A DNA stretch of 63,665 nt, filler included, from Rhabdomonas costata (lineage: Eukaryota), in NCBI GenBank assembly GCA_019059605.1. It is 53 parts of 53 records of this genome, joined end to end, with 100 filler letters (N's around TTAATTAATTAA, not from the genome) between each part and the next. Parts side by side here need not be neighbours in the genome. Positions count along the whole stretch, not along the records: positions 9,632 to 10,734 come from JAHMHO010028437.1; positions 10,835 to 11,937 come from JAHMHO010028438.1; positions 12,038 to 13,140 come from JAHMHO010028439.1; positions 13,241 to 14,343 come from JAHMHO010028440.1; positions 14,444 to 15,546 come from JAHMHO010028441.1; positions 15,647 to 16,749 come from JAHMHO010028442.1; positions 16,850 to 17,952 come from JAHMHO010028443.1; positions 18,053 to 19,154 come from JAHMHO010028444.1; 45 more parts are not named here. The stretch is one strand, 5' to 3'. Below, in pieces: positions 10,121 through 22,524 of this stretch. The notes under the pieces were generated by a model. It was given only the letters and a program-made list of their open reading frames with translations. It searched no databases and had not been told where the DNA came from. Positions within the stretch are counted from its first letter, which is position 1. Each line of letters begins with the position of its first letter. The translations under genes and the position numbers were made by a program.

Positions 10121-10989
10121 TCCTTGTCTGATAAGTATGTGACGTTTTTGGTGAATGTGAAGCACCGATCTATCCAGGCGTCTACCGGGTCTTGCATGGA
10201 ACGAAGGATTGGGGAATGGACAACCGGGCTGAAGAACAACCGGGTGGTGCAGGTCCATGTCGCATTTCTTGGTACGTACTTATGGAAAGGATGCGTGCCC
10301 TGTTCGGGGGCATTAAGATGGAAGCGCCTCCAGCCAGTGGATACTTTTGCGACTTTTGTCATCTTCGCACTGGCATAATAATATTAATAACGAATACGAA
10401 CCAAGCACGATCCTGTTCATAAAGACGGTTTGCGGGTTGTGGGGTGGCAGTACCAGTCCTCAAGGAAGCTTCCGGTATGTTAGGCTTTATTTCAATACAG
10501 CGTTTTTCATTTTCGCTCCTACTTCCGTTCTTCCTCATCTTTCCTTGGCAGAAACCTGTCGCGTCGTCGATCACTGCGCTCTTCGAAGCATTTCGTTGCT
10601 CCTGTTGCCGCATTGCCACTTTCGCAATAGTTCTGCTTTCTTTTTCTTTTTGTTGTCCTTTTGAATTGGTGACCCTGGAAAAGATAGCACGTGAACCACC
10701 CTTCCCCGCGTCGCTGCCCGTCTTCCCCCCAACCNNNNNNNNNNNNNNNNNNNNNNNNNNNNNNNNNNNNNNNNNNNNTTAATTAATTAANNNNNNNNNN
10801 NNNNNNNNNNNNNNNNNNNNNNNNNNNNNNNNNNAGGGGGTTAGCTGACCTGTGCCAGTGTTCCCAAGATGAGTAGTCCGGGAAGGTGCAACCGTTCCTG
10901 TTGAACAGGGGAGCATAAGGAAAGCAATGAAGGGTGGGGAGAGGAGGGGTGCAGTGCGGCGCGGCAATGTGTGGTTCAGTTAGAGTACC

Positions 10990-11785
10990 GGTGTCCTGAT
11001 CCGAGAAGCTTGTGGAGCTGCTGCTGCCCTCCTGCTCCGCGTCGAACATAGAGCCCCCGCTGTCCTCGTCACCATCGCCCTCCCCTCCACCGCCATAGTA
11101 CGTCCGCGTCCTGACACACAGCAGATTACAAAAGGCGCATATATACACACAGAAAGCATCACGTTGCATGACGTCACTAGGTTGGGTCCAGTAAAGATCT
11201 CTCGACTTCGATGAAGAAACCACCAAGTGAGTGTGAGCGGGAACCATATGATAACGATAAGCTTTCTGCTTCTCAGTCTCATTCTCTTTTATCTTGCTTG
11301 TGCTCAAGACCACCCAAACGTGTTCCGAAACCCCATACCGTGTGTGGTTTAACGGAGCAAAATAATAGCACTGGGGAACACAGTGGAAAAAAGATGGGGA
11401 TGTGCACTCGGCAGGCTGGGGGAGGGAGGAGGGCACCGACCTGGCGCGGAAGTTCCACATTTGTCCAGCTTCTTTTTTGTAGACGGTTTGGTCGGAAAAA
11501 CAGAAAACCGGAAAACTGACAAAAGACAGCTCAAGCGACCCAAAGGGTCTGCGAAAAGGGAGGTCAGAACGAGAGCAGTAGGTGCGATGATGGGAGGCTC
11601 GCTGGGAGAGAAAGTGAAGGAAAACAGGAAATTTGTTTGCTGTGCCTGGTTGCTGCATCTCGCAGGACAACTGCTTTTTGTAGGAAGGGGCCAGAAGTGA
11701 GTAGCCAAACGTCATTGACCCTTTCGAATGACCAATCATAAGGTACGGGCACATCCATCAAGATAATGGCTCTTGTGCGCAGCTG
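10990..11785 (-). CDS. Hypothetical multi-exon protein with an acidic Gly/Ser-rich exon; probable GC-AG intron at 11645-11549
   Basis: Phase-consistent model LRTRAIILMDVPVPYDWSFER...DAATR|PFGSLELSFVSF...WNFRAR|TRTYYGGGGEGDGDEDS... Confidence 0.5.
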
Positions 11786-13019
11786 CACCCACCACAACCC
11801 GCCAAAAAAAGCAATTTGGCCGGTCGCATCAGCATGGGTGAGTTGCATACAGAAATCGAATATCGAATATCGAACTTTGTTTTCACGAGTTCCAGCCCCC
11901 CCCCCCAACTTGAATGGACGCAACATCACAACACACCNNNNNNNNNNNNNNNNNNNNNNNNNNNNNNNNNNNNNNNNNNNNTTAATTAATTAANNNNNNN
12001 NNNNNNNNNNNNNNNNNNNNNNNNNNNNNNNNNNNNNGGTCAACGGACATTTCCCCAGTTTCTGTGCATCCCTCAGAAGCGCTGCATTTTACTGAATCAA
12101 TCAAATGAAACCAAAGGAGACAAACAAAAGCAGGGCAGGCGGACTGCGGCTCACAACAGGATGATGAGGATCTCCATGCGAGCACCCGGGCAGTATGCAA
12201 GGGAAATTTTTCTTTCATCAATCTTTCAGTTTCTCCCTTTCCGCCTTTCTTCATTCAGCCATCTGTCCCCAGATCCAACACCCTCCAAATTTCTGAACCA
12301 TCAGTGTTTTAATCAAACAACAGGTGACGTAAACAAAACCGCGGCTTCCAGCATCAGAGGGTTGCCCATTGGTTTGGAAAATTTGCAGCCAAAAGAATGG
12401 TAAACGACCCAGCGAATCGGCGCGTTACAATAAGAGCAGGCAGGGGCTTCCAGCTTTTCCACATGTCTGTTCCAAAACGTGCACGCTGGGCTGGGGTTTC
12501 TGCCTCTCACGGTCAATAGTCCACACCCACAGGTGGCAGAGACGATGACAGCGAGAATGCAAGAACGGGCTTCCAGTGAGCATTCAAGTACACCGGAGGA
12601 TTTCGGAAAGATCCGAAAAAGCAAAAGAGAATCAGTACAAAGTGAGACATCCAGACGGGAGAAACGATTGAGGAAATGCGACCACCAAGCACGCCCTGGA
12701 GACACATAGAGCGTGTTTGGAGGTGGCCTGAATCCCACCACAGTTCCGCTTTTGAGCGGAGGCCCCACCTGACCACCGTAAATACCGAGAAAGTGCCACT
12801 GCCTCCCCCCCCTCCCGCTGAGGACACAAGGGCAGGTCAGCGCGTGTACCAACACGTATGCGTATGCTTACCTCGACGAGCTCTCATCTGTATGTGCGTG
12901 TGTGTCAGTGACAACTCAAAGAAAGAAAGGCTCCTTTTCCCTTTGTGACTACACTCTTTGCTTTGCACAGCGGCAGTGCAATAGATGATGGCGTGGCATT
13001 AAGGCCGCACGCGCTCCCT

Positions 13020-13132
13020 TCAGGCGGGGGGCCTGGCGTGGTGCGCGGCCAGAACCTCCGCCACGCAGCCCGTCACCCTGGTCACGAAATCCATGTGCAG
13101 GAACTCGTCGGGGCCGTGCACGTTGCTGGCAA
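13020..13132 (-). CDS. M20/M25/M40 family metallopeptidase, C-terminus
   Basis: ASNVHGPDEFLHMDFVTRVTGCVAEVLAAHHARPPA* matches the M20 C-terminal metal-ligand motif SNxHGPxEFLH. Confidence 0.85.
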
Positions 13133-16100
13133 CCACAAAANNNNNNNNNNNNNNNNNNNNNNNNNNNNNNNNNNNNNNNNNNNNTTAATTAATTAANNNN
13201 NNNNNNNNNNNNNNNNNNNNNNNNNNNNNNNNNNNNNNNNGGGGGTGGTTGAGGCCCTCCATCTCCAATGTTGGCGTTGTGTCGAGGCTGAGGGGGAAGA
13301 GATGATGGTCATTGATACGTGTTGTGGGTGTTGGTATGGATGTCTGCACCCTGTGGTGTTTGAATGTGTGTGCGGCGCATTGTCAATTAGTGCTCCCTGG
13401 AAGGCTGGAAGGGCTGTGCCTTCTGTCCGGGTTTCTGTGCTTGCTCGGGTTTTGGAGTTTCTGAGCTGAGATGGATCCAGTTTCGTGGATGTGTGTACGG
13501 ACTCTGGGCGACCTTGTGGATGACTCTGAAAGTTGATACAGCTTTCCGCTCTCGGGATGCCGTCTGTGCTGTGTGGACAGGATGCAAACTTCGTTTTCAG
13601 CGCTTGAAACCCTTGCCAATGCATTTGCCTGGATTACTTACTTAAAATTCAGCTTATCGGAGCCATCACCGTACAATTTGTGCAACTGGCGAAATGAATA
13701 ACACAGTTGTGTGAGCTTGCGAGGTGAATGCCATAAATTGGCACCACATTCCACTCTCACACGTTTCTTTTGGACGTTTCCAGTGATTTACGGGTGTAAG
13801 TGGGTATGTATGTATGTGTGCGCGTGTGTGCGGATCGGTATTTTTAGTCACCCCCTGCCTGTTGGTCTTCTTCACTCACCTCCTCTCCTCTTCTTTGCAC
13901 TTCTTTCTCTTCTTAATCGTCCGTTTTGGCCGCTTCCTACCCCTCTCCCTACCTCCCACAACCGCATTACTGCCTTCTCTCTCAAATGGTGGCCTTGCTG
14001 GTTGTGGTGAAATCGGTGCCGGAGGGCGACACTCCACAAGATGGTTGCGCCCAACTTTCGGCCCAAGTGTCGCGCTTCTTTGTGTTTGATAATTGTTACT
14101 TGAACCGCTCTCTTCTCAACACGGCTGCTTCTATGCCGTGTTTTTTCCCCCCGTTGGCACACCCGTCGGTGTGAAGTGTTTGCTTGCCTTCCGGGTGCTG
14201 TCGTGCGCGGCGCGTTTTCTCTTTCACAGAAAAGGGCCCCGCAGAAAAATCGGAGTCAGTACTGCCGCTGGAGCCACAGATGGTTGCAAAGTCTTGCGAT
14301 GTGGAAATGGGTCTGCCACTCCCTCCCCCCACCCCAAAACAACNNNNNNNNNNNNNNNNNNNNNNNNNNNNNNNNNNNNNNNNNNNNTTAATTAATTAAN
14401 NNNNNNNNNNNNNNNNNNNNNNNNNNNNNNNNNNNNNNNNNNNCGTCGTCATTCATATCACGCCGTTGTGGAATTCGGGATGTTCTTGCCCAGCGCCTTT
14501 CTGCGTTTGTCAGGAGGCTCTCAAATTTCCCTTTGCAAAGGCACGTGCATGCAAGGCACATAAATCCATTTGAAACTGGCTCCCATCACAGTAAACAACA
14601 GCAGCATGCGGTGGTTTTTGAATCGCAGGACGGCATGCCATGTAAACCACAACGAAATTAGTTTCCCGGCAACACGCAGTGCAGGACGCGGTGGTGTACA
14701 GGATGTCAGAAAACTATCCAAAATGCAGAGCAGGGATTCTTTGTTTGCCATATGTCAGCCACAGGTCTCATTTAGAAACCACCTGTCAACTGGAAACGCG
14801 GCTGTTCTGACCCGCATTTGTGACTTTTTCAAGTGACTTGTTGCTCTGCTTTCAGATTTCTAATGGGAGGCCCTCCTCAACCCCAGGCGAGGTCGCTGTG
14901 CGGGCCACCTACCAAGCCGACAAACCCACACTTACCAGCGAAGCTGGTTTGGCCCACCAAATTGCTCCCCAGTGCTGCCATCGCTTTCTTTTTTTCAGCC
15001 GTGCAGAAAAAAGTTATCTCTCTCCCCTATCGGAAGAGCCTCAAGCTTCTGGTCGGTGAGACCGGTGGTTCTACGCCTGACTGAGGATGCTTGCCCACAG
15101 CCGATCCCGCTAGTGTTGATGGGCGGGTTGATTAGCCGATGTAGGTGAGGTAAGCGTAGGTTTCGGAAGGTTAAAAGTCAGGAAGGAAGAGAGGATGGAA
15201 GGAGAGAGGGCAGAAAGCTGTCAACCACTGCGGGTGCCGGATTCGTTGTCCGCTTCCTTGGGAACTGCAATACTCACCGCTGTTAAATCCAAGTGCTACT
15301 TACATCCCTTTCGGAAAAAAATGACATCCAGGAACTGGAACTGGGGAATCCTGGTGTTGGCGAGCTCTCAGATGTCTGAGAGTGCTGCAGACATGGTCGT
15401 GAAATGAGGAAGTGAGAAACAGAAGATGGTCGCTTTTCTAAAACCCTTCTTCTGTGCAGATCCATCGCCCGGTCCCAAGCTAGTTGAGATTCAGCCCCAC
15501 CAACCGGTGGAAGTTACGTCCTACCCTCCCACCGACACCCAACCCCNNNNNNNNNNNNNNNNNNNNNNNNNNNNNNNNNNNNNNNNNNNNTTAATTAATT
15601 AANNNNNNNNNNNNNNNNNNNNNNNNNNNNNNNNNNNNNNNNNNNNCAGGCAAGCCAGCAAGCCTAGAAGGTTGGAAGGGGGAGGCGGTGGCGCCAAAGA
15701 GACACATTGAGGCGACCATAACCATTGCCTGCCACATTCAGCAGTCAAGTTACGATTATGCAATCAGAGTCAGAGTGAGCGCGCACGAGAGAAGCTGGGA
15801 AGCACCTCTCTAGACGGTGACGTGCTACTTGGGACCCCTACGTCTGGCAGAGAAGGCCGGGCATTGGGCCGCACCGTAGAGGGTTCGGATCCCGACCCCA
15901 AAGGGCTGACCGGGGCCTGGGAAAAGGACAGAACAAACGCGCGGGGGACGAGGGGACGAGAGCGCAGCGAGAGGAACAAGCTGACTCTGATGAGAGTCAG
16001 CCTGAGTATGAAATAGGAAAACCATGAAGTCAGCCACACTGAGATGTGCGGGGAACACAAAGAAGATGCACAACCGGAACTGGTCTTTGCCCCAACTCCA

Positions 16101-16849
16101 CCACCCTCTTTTTTGTTGGCCCGAGGGGGGAGGGGTAGGCACTTCACACCATCATGGATGGTCCAGGTGTGGTGGGAGATGGCCGCGGGCCTCCGCCGCC
16201 CTCGCCGCCGCGGACCGCAGCGCTGACCGGAACAATGGGCTGGGGGGTTGGAGGGATTGCAATCTCCGGCATCGCCGCAGGAAGCGAGCCTGCCTTCTGC
16301 AGCTGTGGGGACGGCAGGAGATATGACACCACATCCCACGACGCGACGCGACGCGACAAGATTCGACACATCATGAGGGAGCGGTGTATTGAGAACGTGA
16401 GGTAGGGCAGGGTGCACCGGCTGCCGCCATGTTGCCACTGAGCAGACAAGGTTCGTAACAGCATCATCTGGTTGGCTATTTAGAGAAATCGGAGAAGCGT
16501 AGCGTAGGAGCGTAGAAAGTAGCGTAAGGGTTTATATCGGGTTTATATCGGGACGTACAAGGGCTGTATTCCCGAGCGAGCAACAAGGGCGCAGTAACGC
16601 ACCCGCCATAGTTCAGTCCGGAATGACTTCACCATTGAGGTAAAGTCCTTCTCAATGAGGCCCATGCACCGCTGGGCGTTCTTGAAAAACTGCCCCAACT
16701 TCACAGGGTCCGCGACTGAAGGAAAAACATCAACCATAAACCCAACACANNNNNNNNNNNNNNNNNNNNNNNNNNNNNNNNNNNNNNNNNNNNTTAATTA
16801 ATTAANNNNNNNNNNNNNNNNNNNNNNNNNNNNNNNNNNNNNNNNNNNN

Positions 16850-17890
16850 GAGAAGGGCTCGGAGGATCCGCTGGAACAGCATAGCGTGCCCTCCGCCGCC
16901 CGGAGCTGGACCCAGTTTTGAGTCCACCGAACAATCACTTCGTCCGTGGCCAGGTCACAAGTCTCACTGCGACGATTGCGGAGAGAGGGAGAGAGGAAGG
17001 GGCGGTTCAAAAAAGTGAATCCGGTTCACAAGAATGCAAAATGCAAGGCTTGCGAGTGGGGGAGAGTCCCAAGGAGTCACCTGAGGCGGACTAATCCAGC
17101 CTTGCCACTGGAGGGCAGTACCCATGCTTTCTGAGCGGTTTTGATTGACGCCAAACTCACATCTATCATGAGACTTCTGATGGTTTTGGTGAACAAGGTG
17201 AACAAGGTGACAGTAAAAGTCACGCTAAAACAGAGTTACAACTGAAACGATAATTACAGTGATAAATCTGATAAATCTGGCCATGGAACTTCAAAGGCGG
17301 CGACATTTATAGACATTCACAAGGCGGGTTCAATGTCCGAAAAAGGATCAAAAAGTCCTAAAACACTCAATGAAGTCCCATAACAGAGAGAAAACCATGT
17401 CCTTATGTCGCTTTTTCAATGCGCTATATGGTAGATACTCAACCAGAAACCAAGCTGTTCAAATGCAACAAATGCAACAACAGAAATCCCACAGCAGACG
17501 TTTTCACTATGAAATACCGCTTGTAAAAAACGCCTCTTTTTGAGAACGTCCCGAAAACTCTCCCTTTTGAGGTGGCGCGGGCATATAAACATCAACCTTG
17601 CATAACGCAGAAGTCATAAACAGCATTTACAACCCCCCAAGCTAGCATTTTCATTTCCCAGCGACGTTTGAACTCTCTATTCCCGTGCCTTTCCCAAAAG
17701 GAAGGCAACAGCGAGCGCTGCAGCGTAGACCTGTACACGGAGAGCCAGCCCTGCTTGTCCTCTTGCGAGCTTTTCACAATGGGGGACCCAGAGGTTGACC
17801 CCCCACCACTCGTTATGTGGGCCGCAGCCGAAAGCCAACCAGGGAGCTTCCGCATGGAGTCTTTGGCCCGTGATAAAACCTTCTCCAATT
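16850..17890 (-). CDS. PH-domain-containing protein, exons 17890-17731 and 16966-16850
   Basis: A phase-2 join gives EDKQGWLSVYSETCDLATDEVIVRWTQNWVQLRAAEGTLCC, matching PH strands b1-b3 (KxGWL...WxxxWxxL...L). Confidence 0.65.
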
Positions 17891-18428
17891 CTGAACCACC
17901 ACCAGAGAGAGAGAAAATACATTTAAGCCATATCAATCCTCCATCACAAAAANNNNNNNNNNNNNNNNNNNNNNNNNNNNNNNNNNNNNNNNNNNNTTAA
18001 TTAATTAANNNNNNNNNNNNNNNNNNNNNNNNNNNNNNNNNNNNNNNNNNNNGTGTTTGGTGGGTGTTGTTGAAGCGCCTGGGGTTCAGCACCAAAAATT
18101 TACAAGAAATACGCAAGAGAGATCCGTGGGGGAAGACTGAAACAGAAAAGAGAAGGGGAGGATGGATGGCAAACGTCTGAGGACGAAACAGAAGGAGAAG
18201 GAAACGAAGTGGTAACTTTGTAAGGCATTTTTTGTTCCCATCGTTAACCTTACCCCCCCTCCCGCTCCATCTTCCATTGTGCTGAAAACTCTTCTGTGTC
18301 CCAGCGTGCACCAGAAATGCAGCCGAGCTGGGTGACAGCCCTCGTGGGCTCAGACGCACACAGACACGCGCATATACAGATGCTTGCTACCCGTCCCAGT
18401 CGTCTGGTTTTGCCTACTTTTGGAAAAT

Positions 18429-18548
18429 ATGGCTGCGGCGGTGGCCCCACCCGCGAAGAGGCAGCGCAGTCAGGGCGCTGGGCCGGGTCTGGCGTACGCC
18501 TGGGAGGGCGAGATGGAGCGCCCATGGGAGCGCGTGGCAGAGGACAAG
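18429..18548 (+). CDS. GTF2H2: TFIIH p44 subunit (SSL1/GTF2H2), first exon
   Basis: MAAAVAPPAKRQRSQGAGPGLAYAWEGEMERPWERVAEDK|gtatgc. YAWEGEMERPWE..ED matches the p44/Ssl1 N-terminal WEGxxERxWE motif. Confidence 0.75.
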
Positions 18549-19289
18549 GTATGCGTAGAGGGTTCAGGTCATCACTTGAGTGAGCCATATGCTGCGGCAT
18601 AGGGTACCCGAGAAGTGTCCTTCAGCAACTGCAGCTTTAGGCGACCAATTTGGTCAATGTCATTCAAGTCCGAAAGCATCCTATGTTGGCATCAGAATGA
18701 GCCACCGCCATGTGCTCTTGGGCTTAGTTGGTTTTAGTGAAGTTAAGACACCATATTCAACAGGCCACCGAAGTTATATATACTGCTAAAATGCCGAGAA
18801 GGACTTGTCTTGCAGCTGAGTGGCCGTTCGAGATTCGTAATACGACTGTTTCGTCCTCACGATGGCCTGAATGCCCTTGCTATTTTTCCTCTTTCTATGC
18901 CTCACCTCATCTCTCTTCCACCTATCCCCATGCAAGTTAATCTGTTTTGCTGTTTCCTGCAGATCGCCCGTTGTCATGAGCTGAACCCAGAACATTCTGC
19001 TGCATCTAATGTTTACGCGTTTTCGCGTTTGCTCCCAGTGAGTCGAGCGTTCCTACCCGAAATAGGGGTTCACTCAGTTGACTCCCCCCACGCATCGTAT
19101 TTTTTTTTGGCAGAGTGGTCGGCTCGTTTCACGGGTTCCCACGGCCACCCCCCCNNNNNNNNNNNNNNNNNNNNNNNNNNNNNNNNNNNNNNNNNNNNTT
19201 AATTAATTAANNNNNNNNNNNNNNNNNNNNNNNNNNNNNNNNNNNNNNNNNNNNGTGTGTGGGGTAAGGGGCAGGGAAGCAGAGCATAC

Positions 19290-19942
19290 CCCAGCATCAC
19301 TCGGGAGGTGTTCAGGCCGATTCGGAACCTGCCCGCGAAAAAAGAAGAAGCCTTCTTCAAAGTTCGAAATTGAAGGACAACCCCTGTGTGGTTTGTTGAG
19401 CGCATGGGACGCTGGCTGTGAAGCGGATGTCTTTGTACTCTGTTGACCCCTTACAACTCCTGCAGTCGTTCGGTGCGCATAACCGGAGTCTGTGTGTGTG
19501 GGCGTGTGTTTCAAGTGCTCTTCCCATCGTTCGTTTCTGTCTCTTCCTTTTTTCTCCTTCTCGCCTCATCTCTTGGTTGCTAGCACAACCCACCCTTTGT
19601 ACTCCTGCTGCAGGTTACCGACCTGATGAAGTTGCTTTTATTGTCCTTTGGCGAAATTCTTCCCACCTGCCACCCCTCCAGAGCTGGAATGGTTTCTGTC
19701 ATCGTCTCAGCAAGCCGCACGGCGTCATATGAGTGCGTGAGCCTGCACACAGCCAGAGAGGAGAGACACATCCACAGACAAGCACTCACGCACCGGATCT
19801 CCGGCACCCCCTCCTCCGCCCAGGACTCGCACAGCGCCATCAGAGCGGTCTGCATGTGCACCGCGGCCTGACAGGCGGCCCGCTCGTGGTGCGGGAGGCT
19901 CTTGGGAGCGTTCCAGATCGCCATGATGCAGTCCCCAATGAA
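19290..19942 (-). CDS. Class III adenylate/guanylate cyclase catalytic domain, exons 19942-19794 and 19328-19290
   Basis: FIGDCIMAIWNAPKSLPHHERAACQAAVHMQ...GVPEIR|FRIGLNTSRVMLG carries the canonical IGD and RIGLxT motifs. Phase-2 GT-AG intron. Confidence 0.92.
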
Positions 19943-21035
19943 CTGCACAGGGCCCGCCATCCATACCGTGCTAAGAGCCACACTGTCCTGGTCTGCTAAG
20001 AACCTTAGCCTTCCAAAACAGCGACTCGCTGTCTCACCTGCCCGCTGCCATATTGGTTGGAACACCGCACTCGCCAGACAACCCGTCCAAAACACTCAGT
20101 ACCCTGAAAAATTCAAAATCAAATTTTCTGTCCTGGAGTAATCCTTTGCCATATGACCCGCCTGCCTGCCGAGCTGCCGAGGGCCACACTGTGATAATCT
20201 GAGTACATCCTATTGCTCCGGAAAGGGAAGTGCACACCAAAAACAAGGCAAAAACAAGGAAATCGGACCCAAGCAACAAAAAGTCCCTCATTTCGCTTGT
20301 CTTTGTGGGAGTGCAACAAAACTCGTTAAAAAACAAACTAAAAGGAAAAGTAACTCANNNNNNNNNNNNNNNNNNNNNNNNNNNNNNNNNNNNNNNNNNN
20401 NTTAATTAATTAANNNNNNNNNNNNNNNNNNNNNNNNNNNNNNNNNNNNNNNNNNNNATGACGTGCGTGGCCGCGGGACGGAGGGAGCGACGACAGAGAA
20501 ACCGGCCGCAGGTGAGTTCTGCAGCAGAAGCGGCGGAAAATCGAGAAGTCAAAGAACCAGAACACTAAAAACTTCCCGGGGGACAGGGGGGCAAGAACAA
20601 TAACGGGGGATTATTGTTTTCATCGGAGGCCTTGGCATGATCAAGGCTTATCCGGCTCCACGCATGTGGGTCTCTTTCCCCTTTTTTCCAAGGTGTGATG
20701 CTCTTTCAATCCAAAATCCAAAAAATTTCTGCAAAGGGTTTGAGCTGAATCCTTCCTTCCCAGCACCGCTCACTCTCTATCCCTTTTATGTTGGGTGAGG
20801 ATGCGGAAATGCTGAAAATGCACCCCCACCGCCCGCTTTTATCTCTCTGCCCCTGTCTCTCTGTCTATCTCTGTCCCTCTCTCTCTCTCTCTCTGGAGCA
20901 TTCCGGGGTGAGTCCACAACACCAATCGTTGCGCGCAGGACGAGGAAAAATCCGGGAAAAAAAAAGAACGCTGCGAAAGCGAGAAAAAACTTTTTGCTCC
21001 ACCCGAAGTGGATGGGTGGATGGAGGGGGCTCAAC

Positions 21036-21441
21036 GCCAGGCCTTACAGCACTCCTCAAACGTGCAGACGTCCTTGGAACAAGTCAAAATGTTCGACAGG
21101 ATCACAATTGAGCCACACTTGAACCCCCTGCAGGAGTGAGCTGCAGGAGAAAAAGCGTGCATAGATGTGAAAGGCACGCCATGTGTGGGGACCGCCGAGC
21201 AAACTAGCAAAGTGCTCACGCAACTTCACAGAACTTTCACAGTCAGTGGCACCATCGAAAAACTTGTGTGCGAAAGAAGAAAGGACGAAGAAAGAAAAGT
21301 CCACTCTCGCAGGTACACAAAAAATAACGGTACCCATGATGCAGCAGTCCTGTTCATTGCACTTCGCAGTGGAGCACTGGAACGATGACATCAAAACCAT
21401 GCCAGGGGGGCACGGGTGCCCCAAAGTGGTGCAGCTCAGGG
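21036..21441 (-). CDS. Cys-rich repeat protein, exons 21441-21334 and 21140-21036
   Basis: Phase-1 exons LSCTTLGHPCPPGMVLMSSFQCSTAKCNEQDCCIM and HSCRGFKCGSIVILSNILTCSKDVCTFEECCK have essentially the same Cys pattern as contig 1. Confidence 0.8.
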
Positions 21442-21717
21442 CTGAGAATGGCAATGCAAACAAAAACCAGCAACCTTGCGCATTTGCATTTTCGTAATAA
21501 TTAGCACTGCCAGGACCATTGCTGCGCTTCACATCATGCTGTCTCTAAGCACGCCGGANNNNNNNNNNNNNNNNNNNNNNNNNNNNNNNNNNNNNNNNNN
21601 NNTTAATTAATTAANNNNNNNNNNNNNNNNNNNNNNNNNNNNNNNNNNNNNNNNNNNNGGGGGTATAAAAAAAAGAGGAGGGAGGGGTATTCGTGCCATG
21701 GGATGCAACATACAAAC

Positions 21718-22524
21718 CTCCGCCCATCCAAAAGTACTCGGGTCTCAGGTCCAGAATCTTCTGAGACAGAACTATCGGAATAGCCTGAGATGTGCACAGG
21801 CGAGGGGCAAAAAATGAGGACAACCACTTTTGACGCTAGCAGGGTGGCTGCGAGAAGGGACAGGGAGAGATGGAGCGATGGAGGGAGCGCAGAAACAATG
21901 TTTTTCAGGAGCTCTCTACAGTGAAAAGAGAATGAAATTCCCACTCAAAACCGCTGCGAAGTTTCAGAGATGCCAGAAGGCATGATCCAGAGGAGCGTGT
22001 TCAAACTCTGCACCTTTCCGTACTTCCTGTTAATCTTGAGGCGGAAGGTAGTTTATTTCCACGAACCCACGGGACAGCACGGCACAAAGGAATACGCTGG
22101 GCCCCACCACCACTACCCACACACACAAACACTCGCAGCAAACTTCCTGCATCCCCAAAGGGGTCACGGCATTGTGACCGAAACCCGCCAGCTTATCAGA
22201 AACCTGCAAGCCCACCCACCCAGCCACCCATACCTCCCATAGGAAAAAGAGTCCGCGCAAAAGGAACTTCTTTGAAAATAAACAGTACGACCATGGCAAC
22301 AGACTGACTCGGCCTAACCCTCTCATAAGACAAAGGAGAGAGGCAGCAGCACGGGCATTGTGCGAGAATTTACGTAGAAGCCAACCGCCATGTGGGAAGT
22401 TTAGCACGCTGACCTCCTCCGGGGCAAGCCGGAAGTTGAACTTCTTCTTCCCCACGCTAGGGTTCAGGTCGCGAATCGCGCGCATCATTTTTTCAGAGTC
22501 CAACCTCTGCGTATACTGGAAAAC
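21718..22524 (-). CDS. YbaK/aminoacyl-tRNA deacylase-like protein, exons 22524-22414, 22203-22144, 21784-21718
   Basis: VFQYTQRLDSEKM...KKKFNFRLAPEE|VSDKLAGFGHNAVTPLGMQE|AIPIVLSQKILDLRPEYFWMGG matches the eukaryotic YbaK-like family (FNxRLAxEE, GFxHNAVTPxG, FWxGGG). Confidence 0.88.

Noticed and set aside
10783..11754. Longest ORF (323 aa) taken as a single CDS
   Set aside because: It reads through introns and the spacer; only parts are exons.
17688..17730. GC donor (GAAAG|GCACGG) for the PH-domain gene
   Set aside because: An upstream GT donor at 17730 has the same phase and gives a better PH alignment.
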